Source: Macrostomum lignano
Taxonomy: Eukaryota
DNA: 64,000 bases
NCBI GenBank assembly: GCA_002269645.1
Contig: NIVC01000493.1
Location: forward strand, 1-64,000
Direction of reading: 5' to 3'
Shown here one piece after another: positions 35,826 through 46,789 of this stretch (its first letter is position 1; each line of letters begins with the position of its first letter). Both the position numbers and the translations under genes were made by a program. The notes beneath the pieces were generated by a model. The model worked only from the letters and a program-made list of their open reading frames with translations. It was not told where the DNA came from and made no database searches.

Positions 35826-37508
35826 AAAAGAATGCACACAAAAGAATGAATTTAAACATTGTTTAGATGTGATTAAATTAAGTACGAGGATGGGAACAAG
35901 TTAAAGCAGTACCCAAAAGACAATTAAAAAAGATATTTTCGCTTTTTTCAGTGTCCATTTATCAAATGAAAGATACAATCTTATATTAATCTCCATTCTC
36001 GCTTCTCCCCCCGAGAGTTCGAGCTGGGAAATCCCGGGCCGACCAGAGACTAGCGCAGCAAAAAAGGAAGTGGTCAGCCATGATAAAAGAGTAAAAAAAA
36101 TCAACCAGACAAAGCCAGCTGGAGACTGGATGATGAAGCCTCTCGGAAGTCCAGGCGCCAGTTAGCGGCCCCGGTAATTTATCATCACGAATCGACATTC
36201 GCTGGAGATGCGGGAGGGAAAGCAGCAGCGACCTTTGATTGCGTCATCACTGGCTGGCCAGGGGGTTTCTTGGGTTTGGCAGTTTTGGGAGAAAGCGACG
36301 CGGGTCAGGAATCGGGACAATAGGACTGAGACTGGCACATGAAGACAATGGCTCTGCCAAGCTCATTCAGGCGAAAAAATAGAGTTGAGCTTATCGCTTA
36401 GTTAAATATTAAAATATCGTAAATATTACACAGTGCGGAGGAAAACTTTAACGCCAACCGCTTCATCTGCTCAGCGGGGCAGTTTTTAGTCAAGGAAAAA
36501 AAACTTTTTTTATCCCATCTGCTAAGCACGCAGCCATTTGCGTTATCCATTATTCACAAAGAAATGCCAATCCTCAATCTAGGCCTGAGTGCCCGAGTCA
36601 GCAGCGCACAATGGGATTATCAACCTCAAGATGGGCAGGAAGATAAGCTCGCTGTGGGAAAAAATTTTTTCGATTGATGGAGCAAAAGAAAATCGAAAAA
36701 AAGAGACGTAAAAAGCCAGAAGGAATTCGTGTGCATTTTTTTTGGATTGGCCAAAAAGCTCATGCATCAAATCCAGCGGCTCTGGCATTGTCAAGCGTCA
36801 ACAATATCGTCTGGCCATTTGGACCGACCGAGCGGCACAGGCAGGGGAGGCGAGTCCTGGTGCGGCTGGGCGGATACGAGTCTGATGAGGAATAATGTTA
36901 CTGCTCAGCGCTGATCAAAGGGCTTTCAATATTCGGCCTAGCAGGCATGGGTGCTACAGGCAGTCCGCTGTCTGTTTGACCGGCTTTTCTCAATGCCCAT
37001 CTGCTCATCCACCGCCCCTCTCAGCCTCCTGTTTGCAATTAATAAGCTGCTCCTCTACCCTCGAGGGTAAGAATGCAAAGCTCTCGTTTGTCTGCGCAAT
37101 TAGAAATACAAAACACACACACAGACGCATGAACCGAGGGGTTCGGGTGAGCTAATGGGGATCTGGGAGGAGGGGGGATAAATCTGACATGCTGCAGTCC
37201 GGTAGGGAAGAGGAGGGGAGAGAGATTATCCTCAGCGTGTTATCCTAAACATCTGTGCAGTACAGAATGCTACCTGTTTGGCTAGCATGCCTCAGAATGT
37301 AAGGACAAGCGAATCAAAACTCGGTAGTTGCACCGATCAAGCGACAGACTGACAGAAAAAATTCAATTTCTGATAAATTTATCAAGCTCTAGATGATGAA
37401 CTGGGAAGCTGGACAAGGAAAATGTGGCGGTGCTGGCAAAGCGATGGAAATTGAAGGCCACTTTGAGCAGGGGCGAAGACGAGCGGTGAGCCTCAGGTGC
37501 AGCGGCTC

Positions 37509-37617
37509 ACCAATCCAGGTGAAGTCGCCATTATTATTGTAAGAATTTTTTTCAATTGAGCAACGCCAGGGCTGATTAGAGCCCGGCCAGCAGGGCTGAG
37601 GGCGAGGCGGCGCATCT
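37509..37617 (-). CDS. Candidate ephrin linker exon
   Basis: Phase 1-1 open frame DAPPRPQPCWPGSNQPWRCSIEKNSYNNNGDFTWI between a cacag acceptor and a GTGAGC donor. Coordinates are approximate. Confidence 0.3.
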
Positions 37618-37847
37618 GTGACGCGATTTTATTTCCCTAAACGCCGCGATTTTCATCTGGGCCAAGCAAGCACAGCTGGTGCCAACCTGAACAGTGATTT
37701 GACGATAGGCTCGACTCAAAATATCGGTTGCTGAAGCCTCGGTATGAAGAGATCCGGGCTGTTTACTTTAGCAGGCAGATTCCCCTGGGGCAGCTGCGGC
37801 TGAACATGCGGGGTGGGGACGGATTTCTGTCTGCGCAAGAGAAAAAA

Positions 37848-37884
<37 letters not shown>

Positions 37885-38302
37885 AGGGTGCGAAATTCAA
37901 TCGGCGGATGATGCGTCACAAATTTTTAGATAAATTTTCAATTTTTCATTTTTTTAAAGAGCCAGAGGCGAGAAGACGAGCCCGTGGAGACAGGCGCCCA
38001 AGGGGGGTATGAATCACATGCTGCAACAGCAGCTATTTATAAATATAGATAAATCTTCCCCAAAACTACTTCGAGCGGAAACTATTCCAGCCTGACTTTC
38101 TTAAGAAGAATCACAGGGGGGATGCAGAAAATCAGTAAGACTACGAAATGCTTTCAAGGAGTCAGCTTTAGGGAGTCTGAAGTGTCTATGAAAACATGAA
38201 ATAGTATAGTTTCTTTTTGCGATTCAACTTTCTCGACTAAAGCGTGTTTCGCACGACTACTTAGCGGCTCCCTCCGCGACAAAAGAACTCATCTCAACTC
38301 AC

Positions 38303-38398
38303 CGGGATCGCCAATCGCCACCATGAGTCGCATGTGCTTCTGCTGACAGGCGCCGCCGCTCAACTGCTCCAGGCCGGACCGATCGCCTGTTGACGGGC
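38303..38398 (-). CDS. Efn: Ephrin exon 4
   Basis: SPSTGDRSGLEQLSGGACQQKHMRLMVAIGDP; GTGAGT donor in phase 1. Confidence 0.9.
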
Positions 38399-41300
38399 CT
38401 GCGAGAGGCGAAGGAGCACTTGAGATATGACTTGTTGAGTGTGACACACTGTGAAACTAACCAATGCCCAGGAAACTAACAACTTTAAACTATAGCTGTA
38501 GGAAATGAAAGGCACTTCAATAAGCTAATAGCAATTTGTGTCCTCACTTACTGAACAAAAACACGGGCCTGTCAAAAGTTGGCGCATCCGGAATCGGCGA
38601 AAAGTCCGTCACTAGATAGGCCCCTGTGCTGCCGGCGTGCCGGCACTCCAGCAGGAAGAAAACCTGAGGAGCCTCCACGAGACACTTGGCGGCAGCTGCG
38701 GAGCTGTGGGTCTGCGAGCGGGAGTTGGGAGGCTGGTTTTACTCGTAGCCAAATCAGTGTCATTTTTGTCTCAACTAAAATTCCAACGGAAAACGGCCAT
38801 CTCGCATACTTTAGAATACTTTGGCTAGACGCACAAGTAAACAGAGTACCGAGTCTAAGATTGCCTCAAACGAAGACAAAGACCACTGACTCACCCAGTA
38901 GATCTTGTAGAACTCTGTCCCACTAGTCGGGCAGACGATGACAAGGCGATCATTTTTTGGTACGAAGAAGCCGCCGCGGGCAGCCGACTGCACGAAGCTG
39001 CAAGTAAACGATCAAGAGCGACCATTTTTGAAGCATCGTTGAATTCTTTTAGTTCGAGTGAAAAGCAAAGCTAGAAAAAAGACAAAGCGATTCTGTACGC
39101 TTGGTCGCGCGTTAATGCTTGTTTCTAGGCCTGAAATACTCGCAGGTGTTACCATAGACACGGACAGCTAGTGTTTAGTTCGAGTTCGACCCACCGTAAC
39201 CCGCAACCGTGCCGCTCTTTAGTCCAATGCCAATCATGCAAACACATTGGGCTACAGCAGGCTGCTTGTCAAGCCCGGCATGCGGGGCCCGGCGGGTCCG
39301 CAACGAGTTGCCGGTCACGCAAACTCCAGCTGTAGGCAGACCGGCTATTTGGGAGCTAAGAGAGTGGAGAATCGGAGCGCCGCCTGCAGAGAGGAAGAGT
39401 TACTGGACCGAAGGGGGGACCGTCAGGACGCGCGGCGGGGGGCCACAAGGTGCCCGACAGTGGGCCAACCATAGTGTGGGCTTGAGAACACACAGCACTC
39501 CTTCATCATTCACCGACCGTCGACTGGCTGGGCAGCCCACAAGAACGGGAGGGGCGATGGGGCTGAGCAAAATCGCTTTTCCCGGGGCGCAAGGTTTTTC
39601 TTTCTCTACCCACTGTTAGCGATTTCACGCCTGACCACTCGCCGCCGCCTATGCCTGCCGACCATAGGCGTGGGAGGCGAGCGACTTCAAGACACGGAAG
39701 ATAGCTGAGACTGCCCCGAGGGCCCCCCACTCTGTCTCTCTCCTTCTCCCTGCCGCCTTGCTTCTCTATAAAACTTAAGCGACTTCGCGGTTTTCCAACA
39801 TTCTCTTTGTGCCTCCCTCCTCCAAATGCCTCTCAAATTCACCGATGCTGCACGCGAGGTTTCTAGATAGATCATCGCTCTTTCTAGCTAGCCAAGCACT
39901 TATGTTATAGCTCTGTTTGTTGTGTGTTTGCTTGTACGAGTAGAAGCAATCGGACACAATCCCCTGTAGAGGGTTTCAGTGCACTGATTACTCTCGAATG
40001 GTGCAGCTTTCTGCTGCATTCAATTAATAGGAAATATCAATTTTTGCAGCACCAAGTTCCTAATTTCTCAAATCCTGAGCTGACCTTTCGAATAGCAAAT
40101 GAAGCTTTTGTTTGTTTGTGTGGATATTTACAAATAAAAAGCTAATGGCTAAGGATGAGGAACGGACCAGTCTGTCGGAAACTTTACTTCGATTATAGTA
40201 GGCTCTTCTACCATCAGCTTCACAACTCAGTCAAGTAGCTATTTAACTTGTTGTTCGGGCACTGATGAAATTCACACCATTATTCCCAAGCCATATTTAA
40301 TAAATCAGGTAGAAGAGCTTATTGACTTGTCAAGAAAGAGATGGGCTGGCAGGTCCCAACTCCCAACGGAGGTAAGAAAGTTGAGAAAGAGAATCGGAGA
40401 TAGATAGCAATCATTGAGCCGTTCCGCTGCTCAATGGCTCATCACAGCCTAGTGCCAAGCATTAGTGCACCCTGAGACCAGCCTAGGCAATTGCCGCCTC
40501 TTCAGCAGGTAATTTATTTCTCCCAGATTGGCGCCATCAAGTTTCCCGGCGTCCAGACACGCGGGTGGTCCACCCCCTCCCCTGGCCCATCCGTCAGCAG
40601 TCGTCAAAGGGAAAGATTTCCTTCCCTCTTTACTCCAGGTAATCTTCCCCCATCACACAGGTCGTCTCCCGCCACTCTCCCAGATTACAATCTCCTCACT
40701 GCTTTGAGTCATCATGCCAGGCAACAGGTACTCAAGAATCCACACAGCATGGCGAAGTAACCCGAGCGAGACTGTTTCTCCATTTTTTTAAGTCAAACAA
40801 AAGAAGCCACTGAAACATTGTAACATTGAATTTAGAGATTTAGAAGAAGAAAATGCAGGATCCGAAATATAAACAGGATTTTCGAGATTGGAAATGCTAA
40901 ATGGCTAGAATCAGAATGTCAGAACATGGGCACTGTAATTTTAAACTCATGTGTCAATCTTATGATGGCAAGCCAGTCACACTGTCCACAGCTTCTACAG
41001 AAGTTATTTTCTGTTATTTTCAACTTAGAGAAAATTATCCCGGACCTTATCCCGGACCATGTTCATATACTATGTAGTAGTAGGTAGGGACAACATGCAT
41101 TCCTGTCCATTTTTGCGCCGAGTCCTTTGGTAGGAATGGAATGGAATCTAAGCTTGGCAAGTTTGCTAGCTCGTATTGGTCTTCACTCTCTGTCTGCCTC
41201 TCAGGACTGATAAACTATTATCCCCAACCCCTATTAGACTCAGGATTTGCATATCATGAGTGCCGAAGTTCGTCCTATATAGCTTGTTTGCAATTCTCGC

Positions 41301-44300
41301 ATCCCTGCCCGAGCTTGCTTCCCAATGGGAATTCGTTCCCAAACAGCGGATGCCCCCCCCAGCATTACAAAACGAGAGAACCAGATGCAAATCCCAAAAT
41401 CTGATCCCAAAAAGAAACTCGGCAGCGCATCTCAGCAAAACTATTCTCGTTTTTTGAATAGGCTAGCTTTATGGGATGCAGGCAGCGCCAGCGCGAGTTC
41501 ATAGCGTCGTCGTACACAAGTAGCTTTTTGTGTTTCCACGATTCAATCCGGAAGTTTTTGGATAATCCCGCTTGATCTACGGCTCGTAGAAAAAACCTAA
41601 TTTAAAGATTTTTAACAGGAATTTAAAGGGTGAATGTGTGCTGAAATTTTCTTTGCTTCCCAGAAGTACTAAACTTTTTGAGTTTTCTCTAGTATTTCTG
41701 ACTTTGATGGGGTGCCCTTGAATTTAGTAACCGTGAATTTAGTACCGCTTGAATTTAGTACCGCTCGAATTTAGTACCGCTCGAATTTAGTACCGCTTGA
41801 ATTTAGTACCGCTTGAATTTAGTACCGCTTGAATTTAGTACCGCTCGAATTTAGTACCGCTTGAATTTAGTACCGCTCGAATTTAGTACCGCTTGAATTT
41901 AGTACCGCTCGAATTTAGTACCGCTTGAATTTAGTACCGCTTGAATTTAGTACCGCTCGAATTTAGTACCGCTTGAATTTAGTACCGCTTGAATTTAGTA
42001 CCGCTCGAATTTAGTAACGCTTGAATTTAGTAACGCAACAAATGGTGCAGCTGAGAGATATTCCTTATGTATTTGTATAATATGAAGGAAAGGAAGTGAA
42101 TATGGATTGAAGGAAAGTTCTATTGTTCTGCAACTTCACTATATATATATTACTATTCATTGTAATATTATGACTTGTATTATTAACATTGTTGGAATAA
42201 AATATCTACAGTTGCGATTCGCCTCCCAGTCTTCAATTCTAAAAAATCTTAAAAATTCTTAAATTTATGCAGTAATATTGAAATCTCCCATATAAATGAT
42301 AGGTGCATGATAAAACTTTATATTATAATAATACATATGGGATATCTCTCAGCTGCACCATTGTTGCGTTACTAAATTCAGGCGTTACTAAATTCAAGCG
42401 GTACTAAATTCATGGTTACTAAATTTCGGTTACTAAATTCACATAGACCCCTTTGATGTTAGGAGCGTAGTTTCGCAACATTGTTTCCATTTTACAATGA
42501 CATATCACAGAACATTACTTTGCTGCACCAACAAGTACAGGTGTGACTTAACGTTTCAAGTCCATAACGATGTTTGCAACAAAAATATTTCTGTGACATA
42601 AGTTCAACTGCAAACCAGACTAAATCAGATTTTAGTACTCTCGAGAAGCGAAAAAACATTTAGCACATTTCATTTCTAGAAGCTTAAAAATCATTTTTTA
42701 ACCACAGGATGTTTAACTTCAAGTCAATGTGAAGTTTAGGGAATTGTGAAATCCTCTTTCTAAAAGGTTCTAGAATCGATAGTAACTAAAGTACTAAACT
42801 TGCAAAAATGGGGGTTGGACATGTCAGTGACTCAGTGTCGCTTCGCTTCTTTGGGTGTGGATCGAAGCGGACAGTCTTTTCTGTACGGGCTTATCACATT
42901 TGGAACGATAAAAAATAAGCCAATGTACATACATATGTACATTACAAACTGACGAAACTGGCCTACCCCTAGAATTTCTCGTCCCAGCCATACCCCCACC
43001 CCCGCCGCCTAATATCGATTATCGGAGTCAGACAAACAACCCCAAGGGTGGAAGAATGCAACCACCACCCCAAGAGCCGCTGTGCAATAAACGTATAACC
43101 CTCTATAGTAAAATGTAGCACAGCATAAAAGCGATAAACACATGTTTTATACATGCAAGCCCCTTTATTCTGATTAGTGATGAGGACGCCATTGGCAGGG
43201 ACTAGGGATTCCAATCCCGGGATCCCGGGATCCCGGGATCCCGGGATTGGGGCCAAAAATCCGGGATTTGAATCCCGGGATTTTTTTGGGAATCGAATCC
43301 CGGGATTTTTAATCCCGGGATTGCAAAAGTCCGGGATCGGGATCCCGGGATTTCAAGGCCTTAATCCCGGGATTGGTCCGGGATTAGAACAACCTTTCAA
43401 TGCCTAAATTAGATAATTTAAAGTCTAAACGTTTATTTGAATAATAAAACATTTATTTGTTTTTGCTGTTTCTCAATGAAACGCTAAACATTTGCAAAGC
43501 TCCTGTCCTAATTGATCTAAAAATTGTTAATGTGAACTGTAAATGATAGATAATTTTAACTTTTTTCGTTTTCCACCACGAGACGAGACTGAGGGCCTTT
43601 TCATAGTGCTTGTTCTGGTTCCAGAAGCAGAACCAATTTGTGAAGTATAACTTTTTGTCTCCATAACTATAGGGAGATACGTGCTATAAAGTTTTTATTA
43701 TTGAATGACAGTCGCCAAAAAGAAAGTGAAAAATCGTGCAAAGTGAGGCTGTTAAGGCAGTCAAATATTAACAGAGTTTAATAGTTATACTGCTGTTTTT
43801 CTTGGAATTCCGAACCGATTCTGGTTCTGGAATTGGTAACATGAAAAGGCCCTGAGACTCTGAGAGTCGCGAGACCATGACTACTGCACGCGGCACGCCG
43901 CACAGTCCGTCTTAGGATTCCAATCCCGGGATCCCGGGATCCCGGGATTGGGGCCAAAAATCCGGGATTTGAATCCCGGGATTTTTTTTGGAATCGAATC
44001 CCGGGATTTTTAATCCCGGGATTGCAAAAGCACCGGGATTCCGGGATTTTGAATCCCGGGATTTCAACAGCATCGGGATTTCGGGACTATTCAATCCCGG
44101 GATTGTAAAATGTCGGGATTTTGGAATCCCTAGCAGGGACATAGCCAGTGGCCACGAGGCCGCAAGTGTGGCAATGGCAAGGCCCCCCCCGACACCCCCG
44201 CTGGCAAGATCCTGGCGACGCTGAAAATAAAAGTAGAGCCTGTACTTACACAGAACTAGTCGCATTCCAGTAGACAATTCGATCCTTTCTACTGTTAGAA

Positions 44301-44389
44301 GGTGCTGTTGAAACGCAGGAACTCCAGCAGACCAGCAGAAGCACCAGGCAATCAAGCCGGCAGATGCAGCCGAGCTTCTCCAGTCGCAT
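38303..44389 (-). CDS. Efn: Ephrin (Eph-receptor ligand): signal peptide plus receptor-binding domain; 3' exons unresolved
   Basis: Exons 44389-44250, 38997-38895, 38711-38552 and 38398-38303 are in phase. Translation: MRLEKLGCICRLDCLVLLLVCWSSCVSTAPSNSRKDRIVYWNATSSV-FVQSAARGGFFVPKNDRLVIVCPTSGTEFYKIYW-THSSAAAAKC...LLEC...DFSPIP...FLFS-PSTGDRSGLEQLSGGACQQKHMRL. This has four Cys and the VYWN, D.L.I.CP, FSP and GG.C...M.L ephrin motifs. Confidence 0.92.
38552..38711 (-). CDS. Efn: Ephrin exon 3
   Basis: KCLVEAPQVFFLLECRHAGSTGAYLVTDFSPIPDAPTFDRPVFLF; GTAAGT donor. Confidence 0.9.
38895..38997 (-). CDS. Efn: Ephrin exon 2
   Basis: NDRLVIVCPTSGTEFYKIYW; ttgcag acceptor and GTGAGT donor. Confidence 0.9.
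41710..42450. mobile_element. Non-autonomous TIR element (GGGT...ACCC termini) with tandem 16-bp subterminal repeats
   Basis: Exact 8-bp TSD CTTTGATG at 41702-41709 and 42451-42458. GAATTTAGTA(A/C)CGC units on the left are mirrored by GCGGTACTAAATTC on the right. Inner inverted block CAACAAATGGTGCAGCTGAGAGATAT / ATATCTCTCAGCTGCACCATTGTTG. Confidence 0.9.
43203..44132. mobile_element. Non-autonomous hAT-like element in ephrin intron 1
   Basis: TIRs TAGGGATTCCA / TGGAATCCCTA; exact 8-bp TSD GCAGGGAC at 43195-43202 and 44133-44140; many ATCCCGGGAT subterminal palindromes. Confidence 0.92.
44250..44389 (-). CDS. Efn: Ephrin exon 1 (signal peptide, VYWN)
   Basis: ATG at 44389; GTAAGT donor in phase 2, at the usual ephrin intron position after WNxS. 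Confidence 0.88.
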
Positions 44390-45649
44390 GACAACTTTAC
44401 AGTTGTTTTTGGCGTAGTTTTAGGTGGATTATTAATTATTGTGTCTCTTATGATTGGGGCTTTATTATCAAGTAGGCAGACCTTGCATACTTGACTAGAA
44501 AAGGCAAGCAGTTCAGCTTTGTTGGCTATCAAAATATTAATATTCGATCAAGTGCTATATAGCTTGTATGCGGCGAGGAACAATTAGCGTATCGGAGGTA
44601 AGAGGTTGCATTCCACGGCTCTTATATTAATACCTGAGAGCCCAGCCTGCTACCTTACAGCTAGCTCCGACCATTCCTATTGGCTGGCAAGTTGGGACCC
44701 AACTGAAACAGGCGCATGCAGTATAACCATGCATTTTCTACATTCTACGAGCGTACTAACAGTAGTGCAAAGTGATTGTGAAATGCTCCAATGAAAAAAT
44801 GTGAAACGCCAGCTCTACAGGTGCGTGCGACTGCTATTAGAAGCTGGCTGCATCGAGCTGCTTCTCAGAATAGTGCATCGTAGTATTTCAAAAACAAACT
44901 CGCCGCCTCAATCATTAAGCCGTCGCTTCCCAGGGTAACGGGGCAACCACGTCAGGTGGAGCTCAAAAGCCACGCTGGTTTCCTCAAACTGCTGACCTGC
45001 TGGCTAAGGCCGGGCCCTGTCTCGGTGAGACCTCGAGCAGACACTCTGGACAGACTTTAAGCATCTCCATGACACTCGGAATTGCAAGCGATCCCGTGCT
45101 ACCACCCCTGCCCTGCCCTCCCCCTTCTGCGTAGAGCCCTCCTTTGGCTCAACCGCAGGGATCTTAGAGCAGTCAGCATGGCCTCTCAGGCCGTGGCTGC
45201 TTTTTCTCCCCATCGTTTCCTCCAGGGCAAGTTACCTAAGGAGCGATGCACCCTTTTTGCCGTTTAGGCAGTGAAAACGCTGAGAACTTCATCGGTTTTC
45301 ACCAGGGCAAGTCTGATCACTGACATGGGGCCAAACCCAGTTCTCTCCGGCGAATGCAGGCCCGAGAGCATGCCGTTGCTTTCTCGCGTTACATGTACCT
45401 CACGGACACGAAACCAGCTGATTTCTTCCCCACTGCTGTTGGGGACCGCGCGGAAGGCGAGACCGATGGGTTCCCCCTGAACATTACTTCGTTGGATGTT
45501 GCATGTTGGTCGCCAGGGCAGCTAGAGGAATGGGCGGTCTCCGCCTCCACGCTTCATAATCCCTTGCAGCTCCTTGCAACAAAGTCAAGTCAATAAGTCA
45601 TAGATCATCCAATAGGCTTTCCGCTATTTCCGTCTTTTTTCTGTAGTCC

Positions 45650-46172
45650 TCTTTAACGGGCCGCTCACAGTTTCTTATTGTTTCTGTGGTCCTCTAGCGG
45701 GCCGCTCAGTTTTTCATTGTTTCTGTGGTCCTCTAGCGGGCCGCTCACAGTTTCTCATTGTTTCTGTGGTCCTCTAGCGGGCCGCTCACAGTTTCTCATT
45801 GTTTCTGTGGTCTTCTAGCGGGCCGCTCAGTTTTTCATTGTTTCTGTGGTCCTCTAGCGGGCCGCTCAGTTTTTCATTGTTTCTGTGGTCCTCTAGCGGG
45901 CCGCTCACAGTTTCTCATTGTTTCTGTGGTCCTCTAGCGGGCCGCTCAGTTTTTCATTGTTTCTGTGGTCCTCTAGCGGGCCGCTCACAGATTCTCATTG
46001 TTTCTGTGGTCCTCTCAGTTTCTCATTGTTTCTGTGGTCCTCTAGCGGGCCGCTCACAGATTCTCATTGTTTCTGTGGTCCTCTAGCGGGCCGCTCAGTT
46101 TCTCTTTGTTTCTGTGGTCCTCTCACAGTTTCTCATTGTTTCTGTGGTCCTCTAACGGGACCCTCACAGTTT
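45650..46172. repeat. ~39-41-bp tandem repeat TTGTTTCTGTGGTCCTCTAGCGGGCCGCTCACAGTTTCTCA
   Basis: Visible. Confidence 0.93.
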
Positions 46173-46639
46173 CTGCTTGTTGGCCAAGATTGGTGCAAGC
46201 AAATTAACAAAGTCAAACGTCATTCGAAATTGTATAAGTTTTTTTAAAATGATTGATAGACAGCAGGGTGAAACACGCCACTGCTCACACTAATTTCTAT
46301 TCAAACGATATCTGTGCATTTTATTTATTTCTATCATAGGGCCGGCATGGCATAACTACTGTTAGTAATAAAACAAGTACTTCATGCCTATAGCGTGTGG
46401 TTAATGCTAAATTGAAAGAAAAATTAATAATATAACTCCTACTAGCGTTACCAGTCTGTACTTTAAAGGAGAGGGAGTCGCAGGTGTCAATCCAAGCCGA
46501 TTTATTTTATTTATTTTACACTACGATGAGTACTACAGCCTTCATGCACAATATGAACAGAGTTAAAACTATATCGCCTTCTCTAAACGTGGGTCCAAAT
46601 AGGCGATCAAACAAGCAGTCTCTACGCTCCAAAAAAACT

Positions 46640-46789
46640 TCACAGGTACTTCTCCAGGTAGTGCTCTTCCTGCTTGCGATAGGGATTTATTGTGTCGTAG
46701 TGGCGCGGACCCAAGGTGCGGTCCAACGGGACCATTCCGTAGGATGTTACCGGGTGGCCTTGCAGTGGCTTGTCGTAGATAACGGCGAT
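46640..46789 (-). CDS. NDUFA11: NDUFA11-like exon 3 (terminal)
   Basis: IAVIYDKPLQGHPVTSYGMVPLDRTLGPRHYDTINPYRKQEEHYLEKYL*. Confidence 0.72.
   Translation of the reverse strand: MAVIYDKPLQGHPVTSYGMVPLDRTLGPRHYDTINPYRKQEEHYLEKYL

Noticed and set aside
35156-35866. Acidic DQNEDEAV and HPHPQP repeat ORFs
   Set aside because: It is a 24-bp repeat open on both strands and cannot be tied to splice sites or a gene.
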